A model generated the notes under the pieces. The model did not search any database, was not told the DNA's origin, and saw nothing but the letters and a program-made list of their open reading frames with translations. A stretch of 63,713 nt of DNA, counting the filler, from Choristocarpus tenellus KU-1152 (lineage: Eukaryota; Protista; Phaeophyceae), in assembly GCA_964200185.2 (NCBI GenBank). It is 11 parts of 11 records of this genome, joined end to end, with 100 filler letters (N's around TTAATTAATTAA, not from the genome) between each part and the next. Parts side by side here need not be neighbours in the genome. Positions count along the whole stretch, not along the records: positions 27,291 to 32,310 come from CAXNAD020012139.1; positions 32,411 to 35,100 come from CAXNAD020025625.1; positions 35,201 to 42,007 come from CAXNAD020007304.1; 8 more parts are not named here. One strand, 5' to 3'. Shown here piece after piece: positions 27,191-40,706 of the stretch. How positions within the stretch are numbered: the stretch's first letter is position 1; the number at the start of each line of letters is the position of its first letter. The position numbers were made by a program, and so were the translations under genes.

Positions 27191-28011
27191 NNNNNNNNNN
27201 NNNNNNNNNNNNNNNNNNNNNNNNNNNNNNNNNNTTAATTAATTAANNNNNNNNNNNNNNNNNNNNNNNNNNNNNNNNNNNNNNNNNNNNCCCCCACCCC
27301 CCCACCCTCCCCCCCCCCCCCCCCCTCCCCCCTCCTTTTTCCCCGGCACCCCCCCCCCCCCCCCCCACCCCCCCCCTGCTGCATAAGCAGGAGTCCTGGT
27401 TCACTCTTGGGAACGTAACTAAACCAGCATTTAGAGAGTGGGCAGCACATTCTCCTGGGTACCGTCCCTTTCCTAAACTCTAACCAGACATGTGACAGAA
27501 TTAATACTCATCAAGTCCCCGTGCGACAGGAGGGTTCAAGTGGAGCACCACTATGCCTCAAGCATCTTTTTTGAAATATACACAGGTCAATTACAAGCCC
27601 AAAGTTAAAATTTTGACATCTTGCCACCCTGGTGGTTATATATATATATATGAGTACATATCGTGTATCCTCCACACCTTCAGATGAATGCCAACATAGA
27701 CATCACTAGACATTTTATGGAATCACGTAAGCAGACATTTTATTCTCCTTTGTCAACTCACTCAGAAACCGCTTGAATCGCAGGTCTTCCACCATTACCA
27801 ACACCATAAAGGCAAAAAACAGTCCTCTTTTTTCTCACCACCTTCCATATTTCCCTTCTGTAATCCTGCTCCCCCCCCCCTAAAAACCAATCAATCTAAC
27901 CTTTTCAATTCAAAGAAGCAAGGCAAGCCAAGAGATAGAGAGATAGAGAGAGCAAGGAATAAATAGAACTAAATTGTCCCATCACAAATGTTCAGTTGTG
28001 TACGACCTCAC

Positions 28012-29243
28012 CCGGTGGGCCTCCAAGTCCTTTTTATTCCCAGCAATTGCTATGGCCATGTCCTTCGGGCCCTGAGCCTGGAGTTCATTAATCCAGTCTT
28101 TGAGAGTCTCAAACGAGTGGGCTTTGGTGATATCATACACGACAATAGCGGCACTAGCGCCCCTGTAATACATTGGAGCCAAGCTGTGGTATTTTTCTTG
28201 CCCTGCGGTGTCCCAGATCTTTTCCATACAATATGAAAAGGTAGGGAGAGGATAAATGGGTAATCACATGGGTTAGCAATTGCCGTATTGACTTACTTCA
28301 TGGGTATCTGGTTATGCCACCAAAACAAAAGATGCATCAGGGCCATCCTTGGCGTTTGGATTGTGTTTTTAGTGAACTGTGAGGATTATTTCTATCTAAT
28401 CATACACCCTGAGGGTTAAGATTTTTGGTATTATCCACGCTACTCAGTGGGGAGGATTGCGCACCTGGAACTTGATTGGTGTGTTGTCAATCATGATCAT
28501 CTTGGACATGAATGACGCCCTGCATTTGCAAACGTAACGCAGGGGTGAGTGGGGAGAGGAAGAAGGGAGGATGTCAGGACAGACATATTGGAAAATAATT
28601 GATCTCCACCGCAAGAGCGTGCACTTAGATAAGCCTTCCAACAGACTTTCAGAGTGAATGGCAGTGCTATGTCCAGCAAAAGATTATGTGTAAGTGAAAC
28701 GATTTCCTAAGTCAGGGCCTAGGTTAGGGATGATATCCTCTATCAAGAAATACAGCAAATGGATACCATATTGTCTCTTGTGTCAAGTGTGGGACAGTCA
28801 ACAGCTGCCTTACCCGACGTTTATGCTCATTACCACCATTTCAACCAATACTTCGACCAATGGGTCGATTCAATACAGACGAGACGTTGCCTCGACTAGT
28901 ATGGAGACTACATTCGTCTGAAGGACTATGACTAAACAGCCTGTCTATCCTTACCCGATAGTACTTTCAGAGTAGGGCTTGAAGTTGTTCGTCACAAACC
29001 GAAGCACGAGACTGGACTTTCCAACCCCTGCAAGATAGATGGCATGGGATAATATTCAGCATGTGATTCAGATAGTTGCTGAGGAGGGGATAAGAATGTA
29101 GTATCGCACAAACGCCATTACTCAGGTCCATCTTTACAAAGTGAGTTTTCCCAGTGTTTTCTTCACGAAGACTCACCTGTGTCCCCCAGGAGGACCACCT
29201 TGACTTCTCGGGACTTAGAGTCCAGACTTGGTCTCCGAGTCAT
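28012..29243 (-). CDS. RAB22: Rab5-subfamily small GTPase (Rab22/Rab31-like), 3' exons missing
   Basis: Exons 29177-29243, 28955-29027, 28465-28519, 28012-28218 splice in frame: [55 protein letters not shown]. The exact paralogue is tentative. Confidence 0.9.
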
Positions 29244-29738
29244 CCCTGCCTCACGTTGAATAGGCAGGGCGAGGTGGTCAGCCGCAACTGTCTACGTCGC
29301 CCTGTTTCCTCAATCCAGTGAATCCCCAGGAGAAGGCCAGAACTTAGGCAACCACGCAAGATGAAGGTTCAACTCCAACCCAGCTACGTATTTTCAATGA
29401 ACAATGCACTCAATTACACGTCACGATTCCCGGGTTGCAGGCACCACTGGCTCGGTCGGCTATAGATGCAATGTCAGACAAGAGCTGCTTTCTATACTTT
29501 CCCTCTCAACATCTTACTAAATTCCTTACACGTTCTTCACACATTCTCCGCCACACCCTAACCCTAGAGTTATCATCAATATTAAACAATTGGTACAACA
29601 TCTATGACTGCTACCAAGTACTACATCTAGTTATATTGTTATAATAGTTATACTATCATACATTACTGCTACTACTACTATTCTTGTATATGTAGTGTGT
29701 GATGTGTAGTGAGACGTCCGTCTGGCACTTTAAAACTC
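29244..29738. promoter_or_regulatory. Putative bidirectional promoter between Rab and ABC1 kinase
   Basis: 495 nt between divergent ATGs; telo-box-like CCCTAACCCTAG at 29556-29567. Confidence 0.5.
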
Positions 29739-31404
29739 ATGTTGACTAGAAAAGCCGCCAAGAGCCTCCTACTGCCTTCCGTTGCAGGTACCGCCGCTGC
29801 TTATATACTCTCTGATCGTGACCGGTGGGATACTGCAACGAGTGTGGGCAATGGCGGGGTTCGCTTTGTACGGGCAGTTGGGTGCGCATCCATTGTCAGT
29901 GCCGACTATCAGTACAAGTAAGAGGGACAAAGTTGACCTTATGTCGATCCTGTAGTGGTGTTGTTGCTGAGGTACTCTATCACATGTGCCTGCTCGATGA
30001 GCCCTACCCATTGTGTTGCACAAGAAACTCGGTTGGCCATGGGATACAACCAGCGTTCACGAGTATGGGTCAATGTGGTTGTACTTTTGTCGTTTGCTGT
30101 TGCAGTCCTATCATAATGGGCTGCTGCTTAACCACGATGCTTCTGTTAAGTTGATTTTTTTCACTCTTGATCCCGATACCTCCATAGAATGAGATAACAC
30201 GAGATAATTTGGACTCCACCCCAATGTCTGACTCTCTGCTTTACTATTGATTCATAGTTTGAAGGGGCTGGACACCAAGAACCCTGAGTATGAGAAGCGC
30301 AGATCGAAGTTCCATCTCCGAGCAGCCCAACGTCTGCTCAACCTATGCTCCAGTCACGGGGGTGTCTACACCAAGTTTGGGCAACACGTGGCGTCTATGA
30401 ACCACGTCCTTCCCAAGGAGTACACTGAAACTCTATCAGTGCTCCAGGATCGAAACCCGAGGTGAGACTGAGACCTGCATTGTACACCCTCGCCTATCGC
30501 CGTAGTTTACGTGATGTTTGACGTGTTGACCAGCATCTCCCTCTGTGAATGATTCCGATCAAGCTTTGGGGGATAACTACAAGTATATCGACAAGTGATA
30601 TCCAAACTTTCTGCAACAACATGCATGAACTCCCCACAAGGACAGATCTAAACCTCGTCAAATCTGCTGGAATCTTTTTGGAAGCCCTTACAGTCTTTGT
30701 TGATCTAGAATTAGATATTTCTTCTCCTTCTCAGTACGTTCCAGGTTGCACATCTTGATACGCAAGCCCACTAAACATTGGTGTTTCTGCGAATATTCAA
30801 GTTAGTATCCCATAATTATTTTTTTCTTGCTTTGGGTGCGCTATTGCCAGAGTCGCAAGATGCGACTCAAGACACAGCAGAGGAAATCACTGCAGCTAAG
30901 ATGCGTACACAACAACTGTCGCAATCTCTGGAGGGATTTTGCACCGATTTTTATGGCCAACTTAATAAGACATAGACGTTACACATCGTTTCATTGGCAA
31001 CACTCAAGTCTATGATGTATGTCTTTCTGTGAAGCCCCCCTTTATGGATCTGTTTGCATGATGTTCTGCTGGTTACATGTTTTTGAAAGTACATCCTCCA
31101 AAGCTCTAGGTTGCGCGTGTGCATTTTGTGACTGTTGGGATCACGATTAGTGCCAATCCCACATTCCTAGCCCTAATCCTGAAGGACTCGAGGGGAATGT
31201 GTTGACCAACATGTGTAATCCAGGAGGTCAGACAAGTCCGCACCTCCCTAACCCCCCCTCCCCCCCAAAAAAATGCTTGCTTTGTCCTGCAGTGTAAGTG
31301 TGGAAGAAGTATCACGTGCTATCCATTCTGAGCTTGGCAGTGATGTTAAGGATCTCTTTTTGGAGTTCGATGAGCAGGCTATCGCTGCAGCCAGTCTTGC
31401 TCAG
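29739..31404 (+). CDS. ADCK1: ABC1/UbiB-family atypical kinase (ADCK1-like), first three exons
   Basis: Exons 29739-29917, 30258-30461, 31293-31404 in frame: HLRAAQRLLNLCSSHGGVYTKFGQHVAS, LPKEYTETLSVLQD, FDEQAIAAASLAQ. Remainder lies beyond the contig break. Confidence 0.88.
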
Positions 31405-32415
31405 GTTTGTCTAGCTACTTTCTGCCTTCCCTTCTTTGTTTCTTGATGGGGGGCTTTGCTGGGTGGATTCAAGCACTCTGTGCCCCGCCATCCCTCGCCC
31501 CCCCTCCCACCCAGAGTAATGGTAGTTGTTGTCAAAGACTCTGTTTCTGATAGGCCGAGATTTACTCCGGCAGGCTGAGATGCGGCATAATTGGCACATC
31601 TTTTGTTCACCAAGCTCTGAAATGGTAGTGGCATCGGTGTTTGTGGTCGGGATGTGAGATCTACTTGATATCGTACAACTGCAACAATAACAGCAGTACT
31701 TTCAGTTATGCCAGTGATATGTTTTGTATCAATGTTTTCAAGAAGTAAAACTGTTCTGCTAAGATCCTACTGTCGATATATATAGTGAGACAACCGCTCA
31801 GAGTACTTGAGTGGAGCGCATGTATGGAGGGAAGTACTACAGGATGTTTTACATGGATAATGCGTTGGAGATGGTTCCTCATACACAACACCGGGTGTGC
31901 TGCTGGGGTTTCCGGATCGAAGGCATGCGCGTATTTCCAGGGGCCGGACCAGTGTAACGTCAGTTACACTCCGACGAAATGGTTGACATCACCATGCTAC
32001 CCAACTGCTGTTTATCGTGTCTTTCTATAGAGATGTGCTCCGTCTCCCCCTTCCTGTGCAGTAACGCATGCGATCCAGGCCGGGTTAGGGCTACCTCGAT
32101 GATTTGTGTGGCGCATGGGACCTGTGCAGGAGGCAGGCCTTGGTGTAGTGGAGGCAATGGTGCACGTTGTTTCGATTTTCAATAAAAAAAAAAAAAAATC
32201 GGTTTGCTAATTCTCTCTCTGTTGAAACAGGGGGGGGGCTTGTCTCCCGCCCACAAATGGCCCTGACCCAAAAAAAACAGAATCCCGCACACAACACCAC
32301 ACAAAAAAAANNNNNNNNNNNNNNNNNNNNNNNNNNNNNNNNNNNNNNNNNNNNTTAATTAATTAANNNNNNNNNNNNNNNNNNNNNNNNNNNNNNNNNN
32401 NNNNNNNNNNAGTTT

Positions 32416-32591
32416 GGGACAAAGTACCTGGGGGGGGCGGGCGGTCTGAGAGGGGGCGTCCGTTTCGGTCAAACTTTTTTTTTGCTGACATTTCAAATCC
32501 GACACGTGCGACCAAAGCACACCAAAAAAGTGAAAATCGAAAAAAGGTGAAAAACGGACACGGACACCCCCCCCCCCAGATACTTTGACTT
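32416..32591. mobile_element. Divergent member of the CAAAGTATCT MITE family
   Basis: GGGACAAAGTACCTGGGGG...CCCCCAGATACTTTGAC; internal sequence differs from the other two types; TSD unclear. Confidence 0.6.
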
Positions 32592-34084
32592 TTTTGGACC
32601 CTGTTACATTCTAAGTACTCTTTCCTACCCTGTACAATACAGTATATTTAATTTTTTTATCTGCACATCCTACGCAAAATTGGTATTCCGCCTTTCTACA
32701 CACAAGGTGACACCATAACTCAGCAAAGGCTGCTTCTGCAGCTGTACAAAATTGCATCATTTTGCCCTTCTCGAGATCCTTAAATGGCAAACCCTGCCTG
32801 CCTCTCAATTGGTTTGACATTGCACTGTCCTAGCTCTCCCCACCCCTTCCAATTGGAAAAAGGTCGCATCATCCTCTACCTTTTCTTGATCTGTACTTGC
32901 AATGACTCTTCTCCACCTGTACCTGCATTTTTGCCTCCTCCATCCCCAGCCGTTGTTGTCTCCATCTTCCCTCCAATCAGCTTCCTCCATTCCCAGCCAG
33001 TTATCTCCACATCCTCTCCAATTGGTGTTCCCATTACAACAAAAATATCAGGGCCCTAAGGGCTGGGAGGTAAGCTTGACTTTTAAGAGCTCTGGTTGAA
33101 GCTTCACTCTTGGAAAAACGCTCGATGCCTGCTTCCCAGCATATTGTTTATGTCAACTGGTCTGCCTTGGGCTAAGGGTCCACCTTCACAGTCATTCTCA
33201 GGTGCCAACCATCGGTACATTGATGGTAGATACAGCTGTTAAGCATCCCCTGATACCAATCTACCCGGTCAAGTAACCTAACCCGAAGAAGGTTGTAGTT
33301 CTTGTTGAGACACCTCTCCCTCATTCCTGTTTTCATCCTGGCAGTGCAAGTTCCTCTTCCTTTCCTCCAGCTTTCCCTCCACCGTTGCTGCAGCTACATT
33401 TACCCCAGCAGTCTCATCTCCATCAACGTCAGCCCATTCAAGTTGTTCATCCCATTCTTCACTATATAAAATCAGTGCAAACCTAGATCAATATAGGCTT
33501 CCAGGAGTTGGCACATCAGCCACACCGCTTGAAGTCGGTGTGATCTTAAAATAGGACACTCTCCACTTGTACCTGTGGATAGAGTGGGTCAGTTTCTCAA
33601 CTATCTATTGTCCTGGGGACGTCTTTGTGAATGCTGACCCCAGGAAATGGTCAAGTGTGTGGTGGCTGAATCCCACCGGTGAAGACCCAGGTGTTGCTTG
33701 AAATCGGAGTAGTCCTAGATGGTGACCTCATAGGTCGGGACGATCCTAAATACAGGCAAAACCTCAGTGGCAAACACTTGGCCTTGGATGGGTCAGTCCA
33801 CTTCATTCCCTACTCTGGGGGTGTGGTAGATACGTTTTCTTTTCTCTGGGCATCAATGTTGAGATATCAGCGGAATATGAACCAATGGTTAGTCTTGGGG
33901 TCCCTTGACTATAGTCAGAAAGTCCATGGCGGTGCGAGCAAAGGCCTCCCTCCTGTGTGTTGTGGGGCGACTTCCTTCTCCCTGCGTTTTATCTCAGACT
34001 CTACTGGTATTGCCAGAGGTCTGCTTGAGAAATGACGAAGAGATTGTGCTATTAATAAGTCATCACATTAACGGTATGTCATAG

Positions 34085-34263
34085 GACCCAAAGTATCTGT
34101 GGGGAGGGGGGGGGTCTACACCACGGTGTCCATTTGACCCAAAACCAGGAAAAGTGCACTTACATTATCTAACCGATGTATGCAACCAAATCACACAAAA
34201 ATCACGACATGGAAAAATTGACCCCAAATGGACAGCCGCCACCCCCCCCAGATACTTTGAGCC
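34085..34263 (+). mobile_element. Short-type MITE, 4-bp TSD
   Basis: GACCCAAAGTATCTG...CAGATACTTTGAGCC; TSD ATAG (34081-34084, 34264-34267). Confidence 0.9.
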
Positions 34264-35024
34264 ATAGGAGCACTGCTATTCGGCGAACCTTGTCAATGAC
34301 TGCCCTGTTCTTCTCACCCTACCTCCACCATCTGGATAGATGGAGGGTCAGCAGTGGGGGCGGATTTCCCACTCTCACCCCCCTTTTTTGCTTGTATGAA
34401 AAGCTGTGTGTATTGGACCCAGCATAGCATACGTATATCGCTCCCAGGGTGATTAATCCTACATGAAACACTGGAATAAATCCACTCCTTCCATCATGTT
34501 GCTGAGAGGCACACACACTATTTTCGTTCCTCCCCAAAATATGTTGGAACATTGGTACGACTCAATTAGAAATATCTGCTGACCCCATTTTCTATCCCCT
34601 TTGTTGCGTTGTTTATCATAGTCTCGATCAGCCAGCATCCCCCCTCCTACCTAATCTGCCTGTTTCCCAACTCCTCTTCCCTTGCCTCATATAGATAGGC
34701 ATAATACACACCCCATCGCCTCATTTCTCACAGCTCAGTCTATTGGGTGATGCACTCACCTGTCCTTCCTTGGCTCATTCTTCCTTCCCTCATGTTCTGA
34801 TGGATCTATTCTCCCTCGCTTCCAATTTCCCCTATCCCTGTAGCAGCCCCAAAATGCCAATTGCTATCGGCAATGCACCGTATCTACTGTCTCCAGAAGC
34901 CCCAGACGTGGCAGGATGTCATCTATTATGGAGTGCTAGCCTCACTCAAGACTGACCATGCAAAAAAGATAAGATTGTGCTTCCCCGAAACCAAATTGAG
35001 CTTGGAAGGGTGTGCACAAAATCA

Positions 35025-35100
35025 GACCCAAAGTATCTGAGGGAGGGGGGGGGGCTGCACAAGAGTGTTCATTACGACAAAAATCGGGGAACATGCACAT
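35025..35100 (+). mobile_element. Partial short-type MITE at contig end
   Basis: GACCCAAAGTATCTGAGGGAGGGGG start, running into the linker. Confidence 0.8.
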
Positions 35101-35283
35101 NNNNNNNNNNNNNNNNNNNNNNNNNNNNNNNNNNNNNNNNNNNNTTAATTAATTAANNNNNNNNNNNNNNNNNNNNNNNNNNNNNNNNNNNNNNNNNNNN
35201 CCTCTGAGGTGAAAGAGTCTCAGTCCGGTGATTGTGATTGCCCCCTTGAGCAAAAAAGAACTTGGCACCTTTGACACTTTCAC

Positions 35284-35319
<36 letters not shown>
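35284..35319. repeat. (AAT)12 microsatellite
   Basis: Read directly from the sequence. Confidence 0.95.
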
Positions 35320-35320
<1 letters not shown>

Positions 35321-35567
35321 TATATAGGTGGAACAAGTGATAGGAGAGTCCTTTGAGTTTCCACAAATATATTATTTTCTGTTCTACTAAAAAATAAACC
35401 CCTTTGTTACTTTTAGTAGTTTTTGGTAGTTTTCTCATAAAAAAAAACAAAATAGTGATGTCATGTGAATTATAACTCTTAATGTACAAACCATAAAATG
35501 TTGGGTCGGATTGGTCATACTATTGTCCAAGATCGACCATTTCGTCTCACAGTCCCGAATGCATCCA

Positions 35568-37374
35568 TTCCCTCTGTCGCCAGTGCCCCATCCACACACA
35601 CTGTATGTATCCTCTGCAGTCTTCGGACTCCCTTGAAGTCATTTTTGTCCTAGTGGTTGAGAGCTATTCTTTCTGTGAGGGGTGTCTACTTGGACTCTCT
35701 TGAGAACGTACGGTTGTTTTAAGACCCTCTGCCAGACAGCATTTTCCCATGTCTTGAATGCAGCCAACCCCCCTTACGAAATTGTGGCCGTAGAAGAGAA
35801 GGAAACGCTCATCGACATAAGCACGAAATTGGAAGGGTGGTAGAGGCATATACCAAAAAGGCAGTCACAGGGCCCCCCAATACTCAAACGATCCTCCCAT
35901 CTAAGCTGAGACGGCTCTGAGTATAGAATTAAAATTAAAGTGTGTAAAGAGACATCTTGAACTCATGGGTACTCAGCATCATAGTCCCTGTATGACTTCA
36001 GCACTTTTTCCACAAGCTCATCTATGTTGTGTGGACGGATTCAGCCTGCCCTGGCCTGCACAGAGCGCAAGAAATCAATGTGCAAATTGCTCGACCACAC
36101 AGAACAACCCCCTGACAGAGCCCCATGCATCCACTGCAGCCTTAGCAGCTGCTCTATGGGCTTTGCTTTGTCGTCCTGAAGGGAGATAATGCCTTTCTTG
36201 TTGAAGCATGAGGGCCTTACAATAATAGCGGACATAAATTTCCTCTTGGGTATTTTAGCATGGTGTTTGTCGGTCATGTTAATGGTCTTTGTCTCCATGG
36301 TACAACATGGATGATTTTAGGATGAACACTTCAAGGTAACCCGCTCGGCCAACACCAAATAAATTCAAGTCTTTCCGTCCCACTAGGTTCCATTCTCTAT
36401 CACACTAGGGGCATCCGTTAGCTGTCAAAAGCATTACCTTTGGAATGTGTGACCTGGTGGTTGCACGCAGAGTCATTGGTGACGCCTCTGCAGGGATCAG
36501 AAATACTCATGGTCGTTGACCAATCAAACCACCTTTTGATCCTGTTGGCCCCAACATGCTGTTAATGATATATTCTATGCAGTTAAAGATCGTGTTCCTT
36601 GTGTTAAGGGCCACCTAATCGATCTTCAGCTCTTGTAAGGGGAAGGCTTGAGGATCCTTTGGTACACCTTGATCCCCAAATGCTCTTGTACCATCTAAGT
36701 ATGCCTAGTCATGTTTGACCTTATCGGCCCATCTCCTCTCACCCGTCTGCTCAAGAAAGGAAACAGTCTCATTTACACCTATATAGTTTTGTGGAAGTTG
36801 TCTCAGCTGTCCTCTTCAACGAGAGTCTACCCATCTACCTTCCAGCATTGAGGTTGTTTCATGCAGCCCGGACCCAATGACTCAAAGTCTATGGAGATAT
36901 TCCATACTCTTGTGCAAATGCTTACCAGGAGCCACGTGAAACCTTGCCATTGGTCTTTGAGCAGTCGAAAGAAGATCGAAAGGGCAGCCAACCTTCTCTG
37001 CAGGATGATGTCCTTTCTCATTCCCAATCTCCAATATTTGGTGCTCATTCCTTAGCCGATGTTGGCAATTGTAAATCCCAAAGCCTTGCTCTCATTCTTG
37101 ATCGGTAGCAGAGCAACTGTCACTTTTTGCGAGAATCGCCCGTTTCAGTCCTGATCACACATGGTCTGCCCAGGGTGCCTCACTTTTGCCTTCTCGTGAA
37201 CCACAAACCCTCAAACGTCCAAGTCAGGCGTGTTTGTGAAAGGTGATAGTTTCAACATCGCAATACATATATTCTGGAGTATGTGTATGCCCCAAGAGTA
37301 CTACATCTCCCCTAGTTCACAAAATATTGCTCCAAAATCTTCTTGTGCTAGTAATCAATTAAAGTAGAGGGGAG
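35568..37374 (-). mobile_element. Highly decayed plant-type mariner transposon
   Basis: Minus-strand remnants DQK/WF, HIPKVMLLTA and DFLRSVQAR...PHNIDELVEKVLKSY. Degenerate termini TTCCCTCTGTC and AGAGGGGAG+TA. Confidence 0.6.
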
Positions 37375-38792
37375 TAGGTGGGTTGATCCTTCCTTACTAT
37401 GAAAGCAATACTACACACTACAATTGCACAACATAAAACTGCACTAAAGTTGTCAACGCAGAAAGTTGGGAGAGTGTCTACCACAGACACATACGAGTAA
37501 AGAATCAGTAGAGGTTTTTGTGGAGCCTGGTTGGAAACGAGCGATCCTACGATAGAAAATAGTTATCTCACTTTCTTCAAACCACCTTGCATGCTTAGAT
37601 GGAGTGGGAAAGGGGACAGGGGACATGCAGTTTTTTTCTACTATCCGCATCAATGCCATCAATGTCATCAATGTGATGCATGTATGTGGGCCGAGATATG
37701 GGATTGCGGACGTATGAGAGAGGGAAAAGGAACAGGGTGTAGCTCAAACTAAAACCTCATGGAGTTAAGGGGTAACAGACGTTCCTGGTTTTGTTTACAG
37801 AAGAACAGGGGAAAAAATGTAGGGAACCGTATCAAAAGGGAAATAAAAAAATACGTGAGTGTGAATCGTGTGGTTCTGTGGTAGAGCAGTTCACTCAGGT
37901 AAGGGCAGTGAAGAGAATCACCGGGCAAGACGGACCAGATGAACAAAGACGAGCCATAACCGAGGGTACGAAGTTAAGGTTGGACAAGTGCAAATTGAGG
38001 AGTGATGAGCATCTTTAGAGATGGGGCTTCATCACCACCAGTCAAGACGTGAGAATAAAGTGAATCTTTCATGTGTGACAACTCTGAATGATGAGCTTTC
38101 CCAAGTCTGTGGGATTGGTCTCGTGAAGAGATTCCATGGTTTCATTCTGACGGAAGGTCCGCCAGTAGAATCATGGATGCTTGACAAGGAACCTCAATCG
38201 GTACAACAATATATGACGGTATATGTCATACGACAATTACGGCACAACAACAGACAAACATGCTTTCCACATATGTGAGACTAGAATTAATCCAAGTGTA
38301 TTGGCAGAACGTTTCGAAATTCTCCATCTTTGTGGTAGGAGTGGATGGATGGGCGATGGTCAAGAAAAGGTCGATCTTCAAATAAACATAGATTGATAAA
38401 TGTCTTCTTCTCAGCCCTTCTAAGACTTTTTCATTAAGTTTAATTCTTGGACACTTCTTTGCGGATTAAAGTGCGCTTTTGCTGACCCGTTTCCGCTTTC
38501 CGTATTTCTGGGGTGGGTTATTTGGCGGACATGGTAACACACTTGACTGGGAAATACACATGGAAAAACGTTCAGCTAATACTTTGAATACAGTTCCACA
38601 CGCACAAATGGGTGGTAGGGTGGAAACCGCTAGACCATGAAGACATCATCACCACCTACCTTTGTTGCTTTGCTGCTAACTTAAGCGAATCATTGCTCAA
38701 GTCAAAGTACCTCTTATATTTGAGTGAACCACTGTTCTCCGAGTTTTTTTTATTCCATTATTTCTAGTTGTTACACTTTCTTACTATTATTA

Positions 38793-40706
38793 TAGCGGTA
38801 CCAGTACCTTCGCCCTCTGGGGTTGTCCCTCATAACTTTTGATGTAGACATTGGATTAAAAAATAAAAGCATTTTCGTGATGTCCGTCACAAGACCTCCC
38901 AGGATACAGGATTCGTATTTTTTCGCCATATTTTTCTTTTTTCGAAGAAAGAACGGTCAACTTGGGGTTCGAGCCCTGGATTGTAGGTCACCAAGAGTGG
39001 CAACAGATGCACTATTACTTGATTTAAGTATAGGGTTTAGTGGGGAAAAACCTCCCCATCCTTTCTTTCTCTGTGTTCGCGCAACCACTCTTTGACCTCG
39101 ACAAGGATGTTCTTGTTGACACCCAGAACGAATCGCCTCTCATAGTGCCCTTGCTCCGACACCTTGATGTGGCCCTTAGTTAGGAAGTCTCTCTCCCATT
39201 TACTCACAGTTTCCGTCCTGACCATCGCATATCCTGCTGCCATCTCGAGCGCCGTTTGACAGTCATTCCCGTCGTTCATACACACGTACAGGATTCACAG
39301 TGTTAGAGTCTTCACTATCGCATTTCCTTGTTGGGCGCCGGAAATAGGCGGTGTCCGTGTTTCCTGGACGGGTGATATATTTTTTCATCAAGGCGCAAGG
39401 GCGAGGGAGGACAGACTTGAGTAGATCGAAAATTGTGTTGATTTCTCGAATTAATGCAGGCTGGGAGAAAGCCTTAATCAACTTAGTATGTCCCATCCCA
39501 AGTCCAGGAACAAAGCTAAATGTACGGCATCTTGCAAGAAGTGGGAGACACCAAACCATCAGTGTGCAAATATTCTCAATCTCGCCTCCTCTTCTTCCCT
39601 GGCGTCCTTGTCGATGGCTACCTCCACCTGCTTCGCGACCTCTTCGAAGGAAAGGATTTGGTGGTATCGAAAAGCCTCCACAGCTGCCTTTGTTACGATC
39701 GCTTTATTCTCCGCCTTGCGAGCCCTTTCGACCTTCTTGCGGACTTCAGAGCCCTTGTAGCCCAACCCTAACACCTTCTTTCTCGTTTCCCTAAGCCACT
39801 CCGGCTCGCATACCTTCCAAACAGCTAGGGCCTGCTGCAACTGTCGACTACTAAGATACTCTACACCCGGGTTATCGCTTATTCGTTTCCTGAGCGCAAT
39901 GGCACGCAGGCGCACTGCTCTCTTTCCCAACCTTCCCTTCGGCCGGCCACTCTGTTTCCTTCGCCCACCTTGACCAGGCTACCCCACAGACTTCGTCACT
40001 GTACCACCTCGCCGCTCTTTTCCTGTTTTCCCGAGGGGGCAGTTCTTGCAGAGCAGTTCTCCGAAGTGATTGAAGATCCAACCACGTTTGTGTGGTAATG
40101 CGTTCAATGCATCTCCTCTCAGCGTCAGTGTCGCGACCGCGTGGTCCATTTCGCGATTGGATCATGCTGCTGCACCCCACTACTCGCACTTTCTCGTTAC
40201 TTAACATCGCACTTAGTGTCTGTCACATGGTACTTGTTTTCCGATCCCTCTCGACAGAGAAGGTGCCAAGTGTAGATCCGGGGGGCAGAGTGGCCTCGGC
40301 GGTTCTCCTTGTCTCACCGTCGCGGTTCATGTTGCAGTGTAAGTCACGTGTGTGTATGCTTACAGAAAGTCTGCAAAAGGCGTAAAAAAGATGTCCGCAA
40401 ATCTTGAAAAAAAATCGGTACAGCAGCACCAGCCAAACTTGTGTAGGGACCTACCCCGGACCAGTTTTCTGGAAGGAGTTCCGCCAACCACCTCATTTTT
40501 GTATCTTTTGAAGTCCTGACCTTCAAAATTTGCGGCGGAGATATTCCCCCGCATTTTGTCCGTTCCCTGTAGCTTGTAGAAAATCCACAACCCTTCAAAA
40601 GCTCTAGTCATACCCTTTCATTTGATATATAATGTGGTATATCTTTGCGGCTATAGGGTGAAAAAATTCAAGATTTCCACAGAGGGCGAAGCTACTGGTA
40701 CCGCCC
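38793..40706 (-). mobile_element. 1.9-kb TIR DNA transposon with decayed ORF (copy 2), catalytic region absent
   Basis: TIRs GCGGTACCAGTACCTTCGCCCTCTG (38795) and CAGAGGGCGAAGCTACTGGTACCGC (40680), 24/25 match; TA on both flanks. The ORF ends in an HTH-like segment ALEMAAGYAMVRTETVSKWERDFLTKGHIKVSEQGHYER. Confidence 0.7.

Noticed and set aside
27291-27376. Poly-C tract giving a glycine-rich ORF or G-quadruplex candidate
   Set aside because: Low-complexity sequence at a contig edge; likely a sequencing artefact.
32600-34060. Coding-like decayed segment, possibly a TE gene
   Set aside because: Stops in all frames and no motif I could assign.
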